This document shows positions 25,166 to 38,545 of a DNA stretch of 64,000 nucleotides, piece by piece. The position numbers were made by a program, and so were the translations under genes. This stretch comes from Podarcis tiliguerta. Its lineage: Eukaryota. Each line of letters opens with the position of its first letter. The first letter of the stretch is position 1. The notes beneath the pieces were generated by a model that was given only the letters and a program-made list of their open reading frames with translations, was not told the DNA's origin and did no database searches. The stretch lies in the NCBI GenBank assembly GCA_965153285.1, contig OZ229121.1. The stretch is one strand, 5' to 3'.

Positions 25166-28024
25166 TGTAAGCCATACAAATCAGTATCTGCAACATGTTC
25201 CTTAAAAATTCCACACTGGTAGCATCACACACTCATTCAAATATTATTACAACACACAACAAACTGCTGGGAAAGGTGATGGATTTTTCCCCTCTCTCAG
25301 GTGAAAATGGTTTATTCTGGAATGAAATTCATCAAGAGATATAGAAAATTATTAAAACACACATTCACATTTCTCCTCAGTTATCCTACTAAATATGTGG
25401 ACAGATTCTATGACGACATTTCACCAAAAGGAACTTTTGATATGGATGCTGTTAGCTGTCAGGATCTCTACAGCACAAGTGGAAATATTTATTATTATTA
25501 TTTAACTGACCATATCCTGTAAAATTCCCCAGAACAGTCAGGAATCCATCAAATTCAATATGTCTCCATGGGAAGACCACCTGATGGCTTAGGTTAGGGG
25601 AGAGAAGTATTGTCTGATCTAGTTCTACACATTTACACTGGCACATGGTACTTCTCTTATTACTCTGAAATGTGGGTATTATTCATGTAATCATTTCTGC
25701 ATCGGCAGACTTGCCACATGTACTCCACCACCACTTCATTTTGTGCAGCGAGTAAGAGTCTTTCATAAAAAATGCACCCCATGGATCTAATTACAGAAAA
25801 TATGCGCACAGCACACTGATAGCATAGGGGAAATCTGAAGTGTGCAGGTTTCATCCTTTATTCCTCACAATTGCTGTGCAATTGTAAGGCAGCTCAAAGC
25901 TCATTTACTAAGTTCGTCAAGATAAGTAGTTCACTGATTCAGTAGTGGCTGTTGCTCAGTAAATTGTGGTCCTCTATCAGAAAGCTGCACATTACCAAGG
26001 GGGCATTCATTAAAATATAATGTCCCACACTGCTGTGTAAATAAAACTAAACTCTTATGCTGAACTGCTGGCACATATAGAGTTGTTTCTGCTATTAGCC
26101 AAGAAGTGAGTATGATAAAGCTTATTAACATCCCCATGTTGTTCAGCTGCTGACAGTGATGGAAATAACTGTGCAATACAGAAATCTGGGGCCCTTGTTC
26201 ATAGCAATGTTCTGCAACAGTGTGTGGAATGGTGGAAGAAGCAACATTGTTTATGCTTCCATTTAGACTTCAGACTTCACCTGAGTTCCCCCAATTCCTG
26301 TTTTCCCATGTAGAGCTAAGGAAGTATTTGTGAAGATCACCTTCACTCTTGCTCCAGTGAGAGCATCAACTGAATCACAGCAAATCTAAATCTAACTCAT
26401 GGTGTTTACTGTATTAGCCCGAATATAAGCCGCACCTGCAAATAAGCCACACCTTTAAAATTCAAGGGGGGAGGGAGTCAAAATATGATGTGTGGAATTA
26501 CTCCCGTGCAAAGTTCAAAATAAAATATATACACTCAGGCAGTAGAATTATTCAGTAATAGTTTACTGAGGTTCAAAAGCGCACAGGATCTTTCTGGATC
26601 CCCAGGTTCCAAAACTTCAGCTCATAAGAGTGTATCCAGTTACAGAAGCAAAACACACAGGATAACAGAAAGTAGAACCACTCAGGCAGGAGATATTGAT
26701 TTGAACGTATTGCAGAACAACCCACTTCCCCAAAAAGATGGGAGACTTTTTGCAAGAAGGATTTTTTTGGGGGGGAAATGTACTGGGAAGAGTGGAATAA
26801 CATTGGCATTGACCCAACATCATCTAACCTCCCTGTAAGCAAATCAGAACGAATGTTTGATAAATAGCCAATGTCATCTACTCTCCCTGCAAACAAATCA
26901 GGATGAATGTTTGCTACCGGTAAATGGGTTGCCTGGAAGGAGCCCAAATAATAAAAATGGATATAGAGATTTCTTTCTTAAGTTATTCTTACTTTAAGGA
27001 GTGGAGGAGGGCCTGGAATCTAGACATTCTGTGAATGAAATAGAAAGCATTTACATTTTCAATACTTTTTTTTCTTTTGCAGGAAAATATCATTTAAAAG
27101 ATAGAAGTGCTTCTTGATTACTTTATAATTTTTAATGGATAAATTGTTCTGCAGATATGTATCTAACTAGGATATAGTTGCATAAGATATACACTTAAAA
27201 TAGTTAGCTATATTTTACAATGTACTTTCTGAAACCTGCCAGGAAGAACTTGTACAAAATGTCTATCCACCTCCCTTGTTACCTTAAGTACAACTCTCTC
27301 CATAGCAACCAGAAACTTTTCAAAGCAGGAATAAACTAATCCTCTCTGGCTTGCAGAGCAGAGCCAAGGAATTTAAAAAACACTGGGCTTCCCAGCAGCT
27401 TAATACTTTGAGGGATTCAAAAGGCCACAAAGCTAAAGATACACAGTCCTCCCTTTTATCCCCCAGAGCAAAGGTAAGAGGAGAGAATTCAAGATGGGGG
27501 TTTCCTTCTAACATTTTTTCAGTTTTAAATCCTTTCCTGGTGCCACCCTAAAACTAAAACTATTTTTAATCATCAAAAGCCCTTTTTCAACATCCACACA
27601 GTTGTTAATTTGCCATCTGACTGTGCGCCAGGCACTGTTTTGGCAGGCATTATTAGCTGCTTCTACTTTTATAGCTTCTTAGCACTGCTTTATTTCGCAA
27701 TGAAACCTACATTCTTTTACAGTAAATCAGGTCTGATGTTGTGTATAATAGGCATGAATGCTGTATGGAGGATGCTTCCAGTAAAGGGATGCATGCATAC
27801 ATTGATGTGTTTGTTTAGGGAAGCTTTTAATGTTTAATTTTTTGCTGGAAGCCACCTAGAGTGGCTGGGGAAACCCAGCCAGATGGGCAGGGTATAAATA
27901 ATAAATTGTTATTATTATTGGCTACAGTAGGCCAAACTTCCTATTTCAAAGCAAAAGTTTGTCTTTTTATACAGAAGGTATATTGTATTGGGATGAAGGA
28001 CATTTTATGAGCGATGTCCTTTGC

Positions 28025-28153
28025 CAGTGCTTTTTTTTCTAAAAAAATGTTTAGGGGTACTGTCATTTTCCTACTCATATTTAAATACTGCCCCCCAATG
28101 AGGCCACACTTAGGGGTATGCTTCCCCCTGCGTCCTCCCAGAAAAAAGCGATG
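28025..28153. mobile_element. hAT MITE
   Basis: cagtgctttttt...aaaaaagcgatg; 8-bp TSD tcctttgc; related fragment near 53845-53910. Confidence 0.75.
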
Positions 28154-28335
28154 TCCTTTGCGGTATCTGGAATTAGATATAGAATAAATTGTATGTCTAT
28201 AGGAGTTTCCTGGCATGGGCACAAGCGAATCTTCATACATTTCTAATCATGTTTTGATAAAATTACATATTTGCAAGGTTCTTTTCAGCATGATGAGAAC
28301 ATTAATAACTTTAAGCAAAATGTGGTGTTAGTCTG

Positions 28336-28336
<1 letters not shown>

Positions 28337-28379
<43 letters not shown>
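28337..28379. repeat. (TA)n microsatellite
   Basis: direct reading. Confidence 0.95.
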
Positions 28380-28381
<2 letters not shown>

Positions 28382-29054
28382 TTTCCCTCTAATCTCACTG
28401 TTTTACATTCTTCACTACCACCACCATGTGTATGCAAGCTTGCTAATTCAGGATTACACTTCAGGCATCTGATGAAATGGATTGTGGCCCTTAAAAGCTT
28501 ACGTCTTAGTAAGTTTGTTAGTCTGTTACGTACCACAGAATTCTTTGTTCTTTAAATTTAGAGAAAGAATGGTTTTGGATAATGAAAAGTTCACTGGTGT
28601 GATTTTTTTCTGCAGGGAGGAAAACTGCATGCAACTAGAAGCAGGTGTTTCCTCACATTTTAAAAGTATTTGTGTCTGTTTTTGGCAGTGGGTGTGTAGG
28701 TACAAACAATAAATGAATTTTAAAAATGATGTCATGCTCTATGGCTTAACTGCTAAACAAGAAGTGTGGAGTCAACCTCGTCTGAAAATCATACTTGTTG
28801 GTCCTCTTACATGGAAACTCATCTTCTGTCTATAGATGTGTAGAGACTAACTGATTTTTTAAAAAATGAGGAGGCAATGACATTCTACAAACGTGCAATG
28901 ACATACTATCTTAAATAAGTGTTGTACAAGTGTTTGTACAGGTTCTATTTTGATGAAAACAACATGACAACTGTCTTCACTTTGTCTTTGGTTCTGAGGC
29001 CAATAAAGATAATCTTAAGTCCAATGTGAATCCAGTGTGTGTTGTAGTGGTTAG

Positions 29055-29530
29055 TGTCAAGGCTTCAGGGAATCCTATCCCTTTTACGGTGGGATGCCAA
29101 GAAGTGGAAAAACAAAAAGAGTTTATTCAATATTCAAAGAGAGAGACTAAGGAATGAGGTCTCTCTTAGTAAATGGCATTGCTGTAAGTAAAGTTCCACC
29201 ACATCAGTTTCCCCTATTCTACGTCACCCCTGCGCTGACTGACCTGTGCTTTCTGCCTTTGAGTTTTCTGTTCTACCACCCTAAAGGCACACCTTGTTCT
29301 GGGAGAGTAGGGATCAGGAATGCTTTCAAGAGACACTGAGTCTGTTAGCTGTCTCTCCCCTGGTGCTTCTTCTTCCTGCTATTCCCCAATATTTCCCAGC
29401 TTCTCCCCTCTGTAGCCTCTGAACCTTCTGCAAACCACTGTTCTAAATCAATACTATCTTCCTCTTCTCGGGAAGGTGCTGGAATGGGAGGCACGGTTCC
29501 CACCATTCTACCTCAGTCCAGCCCCTGACA
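29055..29530 (-). mobile_element. Probable solo LTR inserted into a SINE
   Basis: TGTCAAGG...CCCTGACA termini, TTTATT (minus-strand polyA signal), splits a tRNA-SINE-like sequence; no clean TSD. Confidence 0.5.
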
Positions 29531-30567
29531 GTGTGTATGACTCAGTCCAGCCCCTGACAGTGTGTATGACAAGGAGAATCAAATCCAAATCCCCACTCAG
29601 TCATGAAGCTCATTGGATGATCTAGGGCATATAACTTTCTCACAGCCTAAGCTACGGATAGTTGTGAAGATAAACTGGGATGCAATTTCATGTATGCTGC
29701 CTTGAGCTCCTTGTAGGAAAGGTGAGACATAAATGTAATACATAAAGAAACTGGATGTTGCAGTATTATGTGTGTTTGTGGGAAGGGCAGAGCACTAGAA
29801 CTGCAGTGACTGAGAAGTTATGATGAGGTGGTGTTCTGGACTGTACCACTCAGTCTGTGGGTGGGTGATCACATTTTTAATACAGTCCTATGCCTTTGTG
29901 AATAGAAAACCAGCACAACAAAGTGCTGGAATAGTGTTCTTCACCTTCTCTCATTTAGAAACATTCAAATCCAGAATACACACCTACAGTTTGAAGCTGT
30001 GTAGTGCAGAATACCACCTCATTCTTCCATAAATGTAGACCAAAGCAGAGATGCTTCAACACAGGTAAAATAGAACCTGCTGTTTTCTATTAGTTCAGAG
30101 GCTCATAGGTTCAAGCTCTTTGTTGTGACTGGAAGTGACTGGAAACTGGTACGTATGTACACTTGCAGAGCTCTTATACTAATATGCAATCTTCATTGAA
30201 TTTTCCTAGTCCTCCTGACATTATGCAGTGAAAGAGAAACATAAAACCTTTTCATAAACTTATCACAGAAGCCTACCATTATCAAATTGGTTAATGAAGA
30301 ATGGAGCAATTTACTACAAGGATTTTATTATGGTTGTTGGGGATGGGGGAGAGGAATGATCCATTTGAGTCACCCTTTTACTTTGTAATGCTACTGAACC
30401 ATTCTACCCACAGTCAACTTAGCTTCCTGCTGTTTCCCTGCAGACCCCCACATTGTTCAGAAACAGCTTGTCGCTGCAAATCAGCTTAGCCAACCATATA
30501 AATCCTTCCAAACATATTGCAGCCACTCTAATTGAGGGTTCCCCCCTTTATTGTATAAATTCTTCAG

Positions 30568-30913
30568 GTTTCAAGTTTAAAGCTGTGAACTGCAAACCAG
30601 AATTCAACACCACCAACGCAAACACAGACTACGGGAGGAAATATGTTTCCTGACTACCTGTCTCATTCTTTGGATAGTATCTTTGACTTTTATATTTGGA
30701 CCAAATACTGAAGGAATGCATCCTGATAAAGAACTGAAGGAAGACAACAGCTCTGCCTCTCACCACAGGTATCTGAAAGTTGATTTAGGTATCATGTCAG
30801 TTAACAACTATAGTGAACACCACCAGAACCAAAGAGGAGAAATTATCAAGAAAATACTGGAGAGAACTTTATGTCCACAAAGGATTGGGGGGGTGCAAGA
30901 GGACTGTAATCTG
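30568..30913 (+). pseudogene. SLC39A12: SLC39A12 first coding exon remnant; start codon ATG>ATA at 30641
   Basis: gaa ATA TGT TTC CTG ACT = (I)CFLT vs human MCFRT; ends IIKKILERTLCPQRIGGVQEDCNL|gtcagt vs human [24 protein letters not shown]. Confidence 0.85.
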
Positions 30914-33127
30914 GTCAGTGAGTCAAGTGGTAGATGGAAAATTGTATGGATAACTTAGTAAGCACAGCATTTTCATGTGATTCACTTCTCATCTCAGCAA
31001 AGAAGGATTGTGTTGCTATTTATATATTTATTCATTTTATATGTTGTTTTCAACAGATGTACTATATTCTTCAGGTACATGTGTACATTTATTTGTTACC
31101 ATTTAGTTTTTTCTGCTTCAACTGTAACACTTACATAGACACTAGAAAGGGATTCACAAACACTAAAATGGTTCTCTGGAACTTCCTAAGCTATTTTATT
31201 TTGCAGAGCTAAATATATAACCAAAATTATCTTAGATCCATTTGCCATTTCCTGCAAGCCTCAAGTTCAAAATGTTGGTAATGTGCCGGTGATTCAGATT
31301 AACAGTCTTTTAGAATGTCATTCAAATAAATGGTATTTGGATGAAAAGGATGTCATCTAGTTGGGCCCTTAGAGTATACTGCCTATTACAAGCATGTCCT
31401 TTCTGTCTGTCAGATTTTGGAGGGTATAACACCTGTTCTTAGACTTTTTAAAAACCAATGTAAGACAGTGTTTAGAGCAAGGGGGCATTAAATATGTGGC
31501 TGAGAAGGGGCATGATCTAAGGAGAGTCCCAAGGGCCAGAGTTCTGAAGGGCTGCATTTGGTCCCCAGAACTAAGGTTCCCCACTGCTGGTATAGAGCAT
31601 TTAGACATGGTAAGGGGTGTGGCCATAGAAGCCAACTCCTAGGGGCCAAGGGGTCTTCGCTCCCCCAATAAAATATTTGAGGGGCCTGGGTCCCCCCCCC
31701 CAAAGTTGATGGGTATTGCCATTCAAATAGGGTGCATGTGCCGCATCATGTGATTGATTATGCAGGGTGGGGCTTACCCCTCCTATTTTATTCAAGGGGG
31801 CACCACTGGGTGTGGCTGAGGAGCAGGTGGGAAACACAGGTTCAAATTCCAACACAGCTATGAAGTTTACCAGATAGCTTTCAGCAAATTCTTCTTCTGC
31901 TGCTTAAGCATTAGATATTAACTCCCAAAATGCAACAATAAAGAAAGACCTCATCACACAGTTTTTCTACCTCACTACTGATGCCACTTCCAGAACCCTG
32001 CATCATAACCTAACACCATGGCTGCTAAAACGGTAGTAGCCAGGAAGTGGTAGCTGTGGTGAAAAAAGCAGGTACAAGAGTAACTGGGGTGAAGTCTAAG
32101 GAGAGGAAAGGAAGGAGGTCAGCACCAATTTTCAGCCCAACAAACAGAGATAAACTTTAAGAGGTGCTTGAACAAATTGCTTCTGTTTACAGAACCTCTC
32201 CAAACTGCTAAATGCATTTTGAGTGTGGTATATTCTTCATCAGATGTAATAACCAATTGTTCCCTTCTGGGAAGGGAGAAAATGAAGAAGCGATGAATCA
32301 TAATTGCATTTGCACATACTTTGCATGTGGTAAGTCCCTGGTTCCAATTTTATGTGTTTGTTTTTCATTTAAAGATCAAGGAGCAGGCGGTGTGAGAAAA
32401 TGGTGCCTGAGTCCGTGAAGAGCTACTTTAAGCCAGAGTGGGCAATACTGAGTTTAGATAGTTGATAAAAGGCAACTTCTTTTAAAGAGTTTTTCTTTTT
32501 AGGCACAGCAAAGGGTTCTGATGAGGAGCAGTGGAGGCTGATCCATAAGGGCAAATGGATAGGATTGCCATATTTCAAAAAGTAAAAACCAGGACACCTA
32601 AAAAGATGCTGACTTGTCTAAGAAATTCCTCCCCAGAAATTAATTTCACCTTTGAAATCCCCATAATGTCTGGAAAAATCTGGATATAATCGCAGCCCTA
32701 CAACCCTCTCCAGCAACGTAGTTCTGCCTTCAGCCAACCTGCCTTCTTATTTATGATTAGTTGCTGCCATCTTCCTCAGCCTCAGCTTTGTCCCTGTAGA
32801 ACTCAGCAGGGAGCATGATGGTGACAAAACTAGAATTAGTCATTGCCTTTGGCTCCACCTGCTGTTGGTCTCCTTGCCCTTAGCTCTTATAAGTCCCAAT
32901 GGACACCAACCACTGATGAAGAGTGTGCTAACAAATCAGAAAACTTGGAGTCTTTCTTTTGGAGTATACCTCTGTTGGCTCATCCAGACTCGCCTGCTTG
33001 TTTTGCAGCAAAACTTGCGGGTAACATTCAAGACCTGAGGCAGTAATGTGTACCCTTTCTAATATTAATTGAGATTTGCTGCTGAGCCGTGTTTTAAATT
33101 TTATGTGGGGTTTTTTTTTATTCATAG

Positions 33128-33272
33128 TGCCTTGAACCAGCCACTTTGAAATTAGTTGCAGGAGGAGATTTAGAAGTCTATTTTAGTGAAGAAGTCTATT
33201 TTAGTGAAGAAGAATGAAACTGAAGATGTAGTGGAATCAAAAAGGAAACATTTAAAAATATCTGAATACCAG
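33128..33272 (+). pseudogene. SLC39A12: SLC39A12 exon remnant with internal deletion, 18-bp tandem duplication, frameshift and TGA at 33215
   Basis: CLEPATLKLVAGGDLE ~ CFEPDALLLIAGGNFE; in another frame NETEDVVESKRKHLKISEYQ ~ NETEDILAFTRQYFDTSQSQ; AG and GT intact; 145 nt. Confidence 0.85.
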
Positions 33273-34803
33273 GTAAAAGTAAATTGAAGGAATGCACAGG
33301 TAAAATGATGAGCAGATTCTTGTACTGTAGCTAGCTGGTACGCACGCATGCCTAAAGTACAATGGCAGCTACAAAGGGTATTACCTTTTTTTTTTTTTAC
33401 ACCATCACTTTTTTTTAATTAAAATCACTAAACACATTTGATGGGCAGTGCTGCCCAAACTTCAAGGATATGGTGAAACATGAAATCAACACAAAGCAAT
33501 GAAGTTCATAGAAAATGAAATTTGCTTATCAGCTTTATCAATGAGCTTTTCAACTGTATGTACTGTAGATGAAAAGCAGTGGCAAAAGTGGGCATGAACT
33601 GGAAATTTAGAATGCTGGCCAAACCTTGCATTATTTTCCATAAGAACCTCATCCATTTTATGTCTGTCAGGATGGGGCAAAATCACCACAGCAATACTGT
33701 AGTTGGAAATGTATTCAAAATATCTTTCCTGAGGCTGGGGTTCTATGGATCAACTCTCTGCTAGTTAATCTGTTTTATATCTGACTGCTAAAAGGTTTGT
33801 GAATTGCTCAGTATCTAAAGTGAGTAAAATAGCTTTCTTTTATATAATGGAGAACATCCCATTCTCCTTGATTAAACATTCAATTTAAAGGCCAATTTGC
33901 AGGTTCCTTTAGACTGCATGTGATCATCACAAAACAAGAAGCAGGATTATTAAACTGGCTGTTAGAATTAATATATGTTGCTGTTGAACAACAGCCACAA
34001 GCCTCATTCTCCCCCCAACACCAGAAAAATGTAGTTTCCCCAATGTCTGGGTGCCCACAATGATACTATTTAATAGATGTTGCAGCAGCTAGCAAGCTTT
34101 CTCATTGTAGCCATCCTGAAAGGGTAACAGATAGTTGCAACAGTAGAGAGGCCACACTCATTTGTACCTGCAAGAATTTGTACTCCTGTACTTCTGAATT
34201 CTAATCTCTGTGTTCATCACTACTTCCAACACACATAGTTTGTACTTTTGCATTGTAGACTGATACTCCTACAGATGACCCATTTATTGTGCATTCATTT
34301 TGGTTTTCTTGCACAAAGCTTACGTAGAAATTAGACTATCTGGTCTTTATTAAGCATTCATCCTGATTTCCTTGAATGGTGTTTATATACCTTTCCACTA
34401 ATCATTCATTCACCCCACACTTCTAAGTGCATTTCCTTGTCATTTTGCTAACAGCAATAAGCCTGGTTTGTTTTTGTTTTGTTTTTAAAAAAACACAACT
34501 GGATTTGTTGTGCTAGGGCAGCACAGCACTTTAATCCATTTTAATTGTTCAACTTGAATGCTTCTTGCAAAATACTCTCAGTCAGGAGACAACTTTAAGC
34601 CCCATTTATGAAAATGCTCTCATGTGTCTTTTGAATATCATTATTTGTACTACAGTGTGATTAAGTTAATTAAATGTTACCGTATGTTTGTATATTTACT
34701 TCTTCTTTTTAACATCCTATGAGCGTTTTGGTGAATGGTGGTAAAGGAATCTCTTGATAAATAATACATTAAAAATACTCATCCAATTTTCTTCTGTTTT
34801 CAG

Positions 34804-34976
34804 TGTGTACACATAAGGGTTCTGGAAAGGAAAGCTGCTTTTCTGAACATTAGTAGTGCTGATGAAAGTACCATTCCCCAGCAGGGTGCTGCCATTCTCA
34901 GGTTGGCCCTGCATGGCCTGCATGTTTACCTTCACCATAAATTCTTCAAACAGTATTAATGAACTCCATATAACAG
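34804..34976 (+). pseudogene. SLC39A12: SLC39A12 exon remnant with deletions/frameshifts, TAA at 34957
   Basis: CVHIRVLERKAAFLNISSADESTIPQQGAAILRLALHG ~ [38 protein letters not shown]; LPSP lies in a shifted frame. Confidence 0.8.
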
Positions 34977-36283
34977 GTAGATTTCCAAATATATCTTTGC
35001 TTTCATATCTTTGGCTGGGGCTGATGAGAACTGGAGTCTATTATCTGGAGAGCCTCCTCTCTGTACTATAGTTTAACCCTCATAGAATCATACCCTCAAA
35101 CCAAGTAAACAGGGTGAAATCAAACTGTCTTATCTATGGGATTAAATTGGCAGGAATAAGACAAAAAACAAGATTTACATGGTTTCTAGGTCGACTAGTA
35201 ATTCTGAAAGCATCTTTAGAGAGAGCCATTTTTTCTAAACACACTTTATTCTTGTTTCTCTTAATTGCCTCATTAATGACATGAGCATCTTCCTTTGAGA
35301 AAGTAATTGCTAAGAGTGATATATTTCATGCTGTTACTAAATTGTATCTTCTGTTTTTCACACTTACATAAAAAACATTATTTGTCACTAGTAACAGATG
35401 GTAGAAGTTTTTGCAACTGCTAATTAATTTAAGAAACAAAATTTTATTCCTTCAGATAAAATGCCATACAATTAGGCCATCAATATTCAAGAAAGTAGTT
35501 GATAAAATAAAAGCCATTAGAGACCAAATAAGTTTGCATGAAAAGTCAGGTATCTGAAGAAGTGTGCATGCACATGAAAACTTATACCCAGAACAAACTT
35601 AGTTGATCTCTAAGGTGCTACTGGACAATTTTTAAATTTTTATTTATTTATTTTGATACAATACATTATTTTTCAGGAATAAAAAAGTGATATGACTTTT
35701 AATCCATTCTCCACCTTGTCTCATTTCTCACTATTTAACAGTACAACGATTGCATATACTATTTTTTAATGTTTTGAATGAGCATCGAGGTAACAAAAGT
35801 ACTGATTCTGTCACCTTTTCTCTACTTGTAAGACGCACATATATTCAAGCATTACATTTGCCTCCAATGGTTTAGTGTATTATCTTACATTAGGCATAGC
35901 TAACATATAATCTTCAGATTCACTTGATCCTGTTTTCCCAATTTTACTTTGCCTACTGCAAGATGACCTGCTCATTTGTTCAGCCTCTCTGCTTTGCTTT
36001 GCTGTGCTGTGCTGTGCTTTGTTTCATCTGCCTTACATCACAGTCTTGCCTAATCCTCCCAGCATATATGAGCTCTGACCTATGGTTTGTACCCTGGGTC
36101 AGGCAAAAATCCTATTTAATGGAAATGCTGTTGAAATTCATGGAACTCACTTTCACTTTATGAAGTGCTTCTTTGCCCCCTTTTTATTTGACAATTGGAT
36201 TTCAAAATCTGAGCTTTCAAGTTAATTTAACAACAGAAATGCAAGAATTATTTTTAGCATTGCTTTCATCTTTTCTTCAATAC

Positions 36284-36456
36284 AATATGGCTATAGCACT
36301 CTTGCAGTTTTACTTATGACAACTGGATCTATGTTTGGCACAACTCTCATTCTATTTAATTCCTGTCAAGAATGTTACACCCTCATTTTACAGCTATTTG
36401 TGGGGTTAGCTGTAGGAATTCTTTCTGGAGATGTCCTACTACATCTTATTCCACAG
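36284..36456 (+). pseudogene. SLC39A12: SLC39A12 TM1-TM2 exon remnant, frame open but acceptor AG>AC
   Basis: [57 protein letters not shown]|gtaat; preceded by ttcttcaatac instead of ...ag. Confidence 0.92.
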
Positions 36457-37744
36457 GTAATATTTGTATTTCCTTAAGTTTCAGTTCTTGCACATTAAAA
36501 CTGCTGATTCCTTCCCCAAATAAATACATTCTACACACGCACTAAACTTCAGTATTTTATGATTTGTCTAGATGCAAGGCAGAATTTGAGTATTTTGTAA
36601 GTCAGGTAAGAGGGAGGGGGCCCCTGACTTTAAATATGTTTCAAAATATGCTGGTAGGTTTTTGTTTTTGGGATGTTATTGCTTTATTACATTGTATCAC
36701 ACTTTTGTTTAATATTGTATTTTTATTTCTCAGTTTTATTGTTATGTTGTATTTCCCCCCCCCCTAAACTATTTAGAGATGATTTTAAGTATTAAGCAGT
36801 ATACAAATATATGAAATAAATGGATGTGAAAACAACTATACAGAAATGTGGAATAGTCCTACCTCCACCATTAATTGAGCCAGAGTCCCTCCCCATGTGG
36901 AAGAACTCTCCACATAAATCAGCATGGGTGGAAAGCCTTTCTCTATGCCATCCAAATAGTTGAATGACAGGGAAGCATTGCTGCTATAGGTGGCAGGAAG
37001 TGTAGACATGGTGCGTGAGGCTATCCCATTGTTTCAAAACATGTGAGGGGTACATGTGAACTTCCCACTTGTTATACCTCACTTGTTTATATCACACTAC
37101 CTATATTTATCATTTTTCTTACACAATAATGCAATCTTCAATTTATCATGCTGCTGCATTGTACGACACATCTTCCACTACTAGTTCCACAAGAGTTCAT
37201 TGAACCACACTGATACAAATTCACTCCTGGTTCTCTGGATTATAAGAGTATAACTTGTCATTAAGCATTTGGAATGGCAATTCTACCTCTATGTATCGAG
37301 GTAGAAACAAGTTAAGTGTAGGTACATCAGTCACTACAACCCATACTTAACATTTATTAACTCAACCAGGATGTTTAAGGATTGCAATTCCCTTAAGTTA
37401 TTTTTAAACATTGCCCTTAATTTTTTAAATATAGAATCAGAATATGTTGACATTAAAACATTTCCTGTAATTAGCGAGTGCCTCCAAGAATTCTGCAATG
37501 TAACAATGCAAGTATATTCCTTAGAGGCAAGGAGGACCAAGAGATAAAACCTGCCCCATGTATTAAATGGATTGTTGATGATGAACTAGGACATAGTTTT
37601 ATCTTCAACAATTGGAAATACACCAAAAGGAAAATGTACAAAGAAAAATGATTTCTCTCTGCCAAATCTTCTAAAGCACACCATCAGGACAATGATCACA
37701 AACTAAACTGGCCTACAGTGCAATTAGTATATGTATATCTACAT

Positions 37745-37880
37745 CAGGCTTCCTCAACCTCGACCCTCCAGATGTTTTTGGCCTACAACTCCCATGATCC
37801 CTACCTAGCAGGACCAGTGGTCAGGGATGATGGAAACTGTAGTCCCAAAACATCTGGAGGGCTGAGGTTGAGGAAGCCTG
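37745..37880. mobile_element. Palindromic hAT MITE
   Basis: caggcttcctcaacctc...gaggttgaggaagcctg; TSD atctacat/gtctacat. Confidence 0.85.
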
Positions 37881-38545
37881 GTCTACATGGAAGTAAGTCC
37901 TTCTGACTTCAGTGAGGCTTAATCCCAAGCTTTTGTGTACACAATTGCAACCCTAATGATTTCAAGCAACTTTAGTAAAATAAACTACCATTAATATTTT
38001 AATATGTGTAAAACTTTATCAAGAACTGGGGGCTGCATCCCTGCTTGCTTTATTTGCCAACTCCACTTAACCTTCTCACCAAAGCCACCCACTCCTTTCT
38101 TCATACCTTGCCACAGACATCCTCAATCTCCTTACTCCTTGACAAAGACACCCCCATCCCTGTGCTCCTTCTTCAAAGCTACCTTCCTTCCTTTAAACCT
38201 TGCCGAAACTACCACCTCTCCCCTCCCCTTAGATCTAGTAAAACCTCCACTTGGTAGCCTGGGCTACCCAACTGTCTGGCTGCTCACTGACTGGCCTGGG
38301 CTGCTGTTCCTTCACAAGCCTTGGATACCCACCTGCCCACCCACCAGCCTGATATGAATGCTGCTAATTAGATGGAGACATAAGCAGTTTCAAATACACA
38401 TGTAACCATGTGGACAAGCCCATGGTCAACCAAACTATTGCTGTCAGGGACTGGCAGGGCTCTGACGAGCGTGTGACGAAGGCAGGGGAACTGAAGGCTG
38501 ATTCAGGAGAGGGGGCCAGTGATTTGGGGTTTGGGGTTCTGGGGT

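Noticed and set aside
26810-26948. Two-unit tandem of about 55-60 bp, related to 40520-40625, considered as a CRISPR-like or novel array
   Set aside because: Only two degenerate units with no spacers; dispersed copies indicate an interspersed repeat in a eukaryotic genome
28480-28720. Possible SLC39A12 non-coding exon 1 or promoter
   Set aside because: Position is plausible but I cannot support homology from sequence alone
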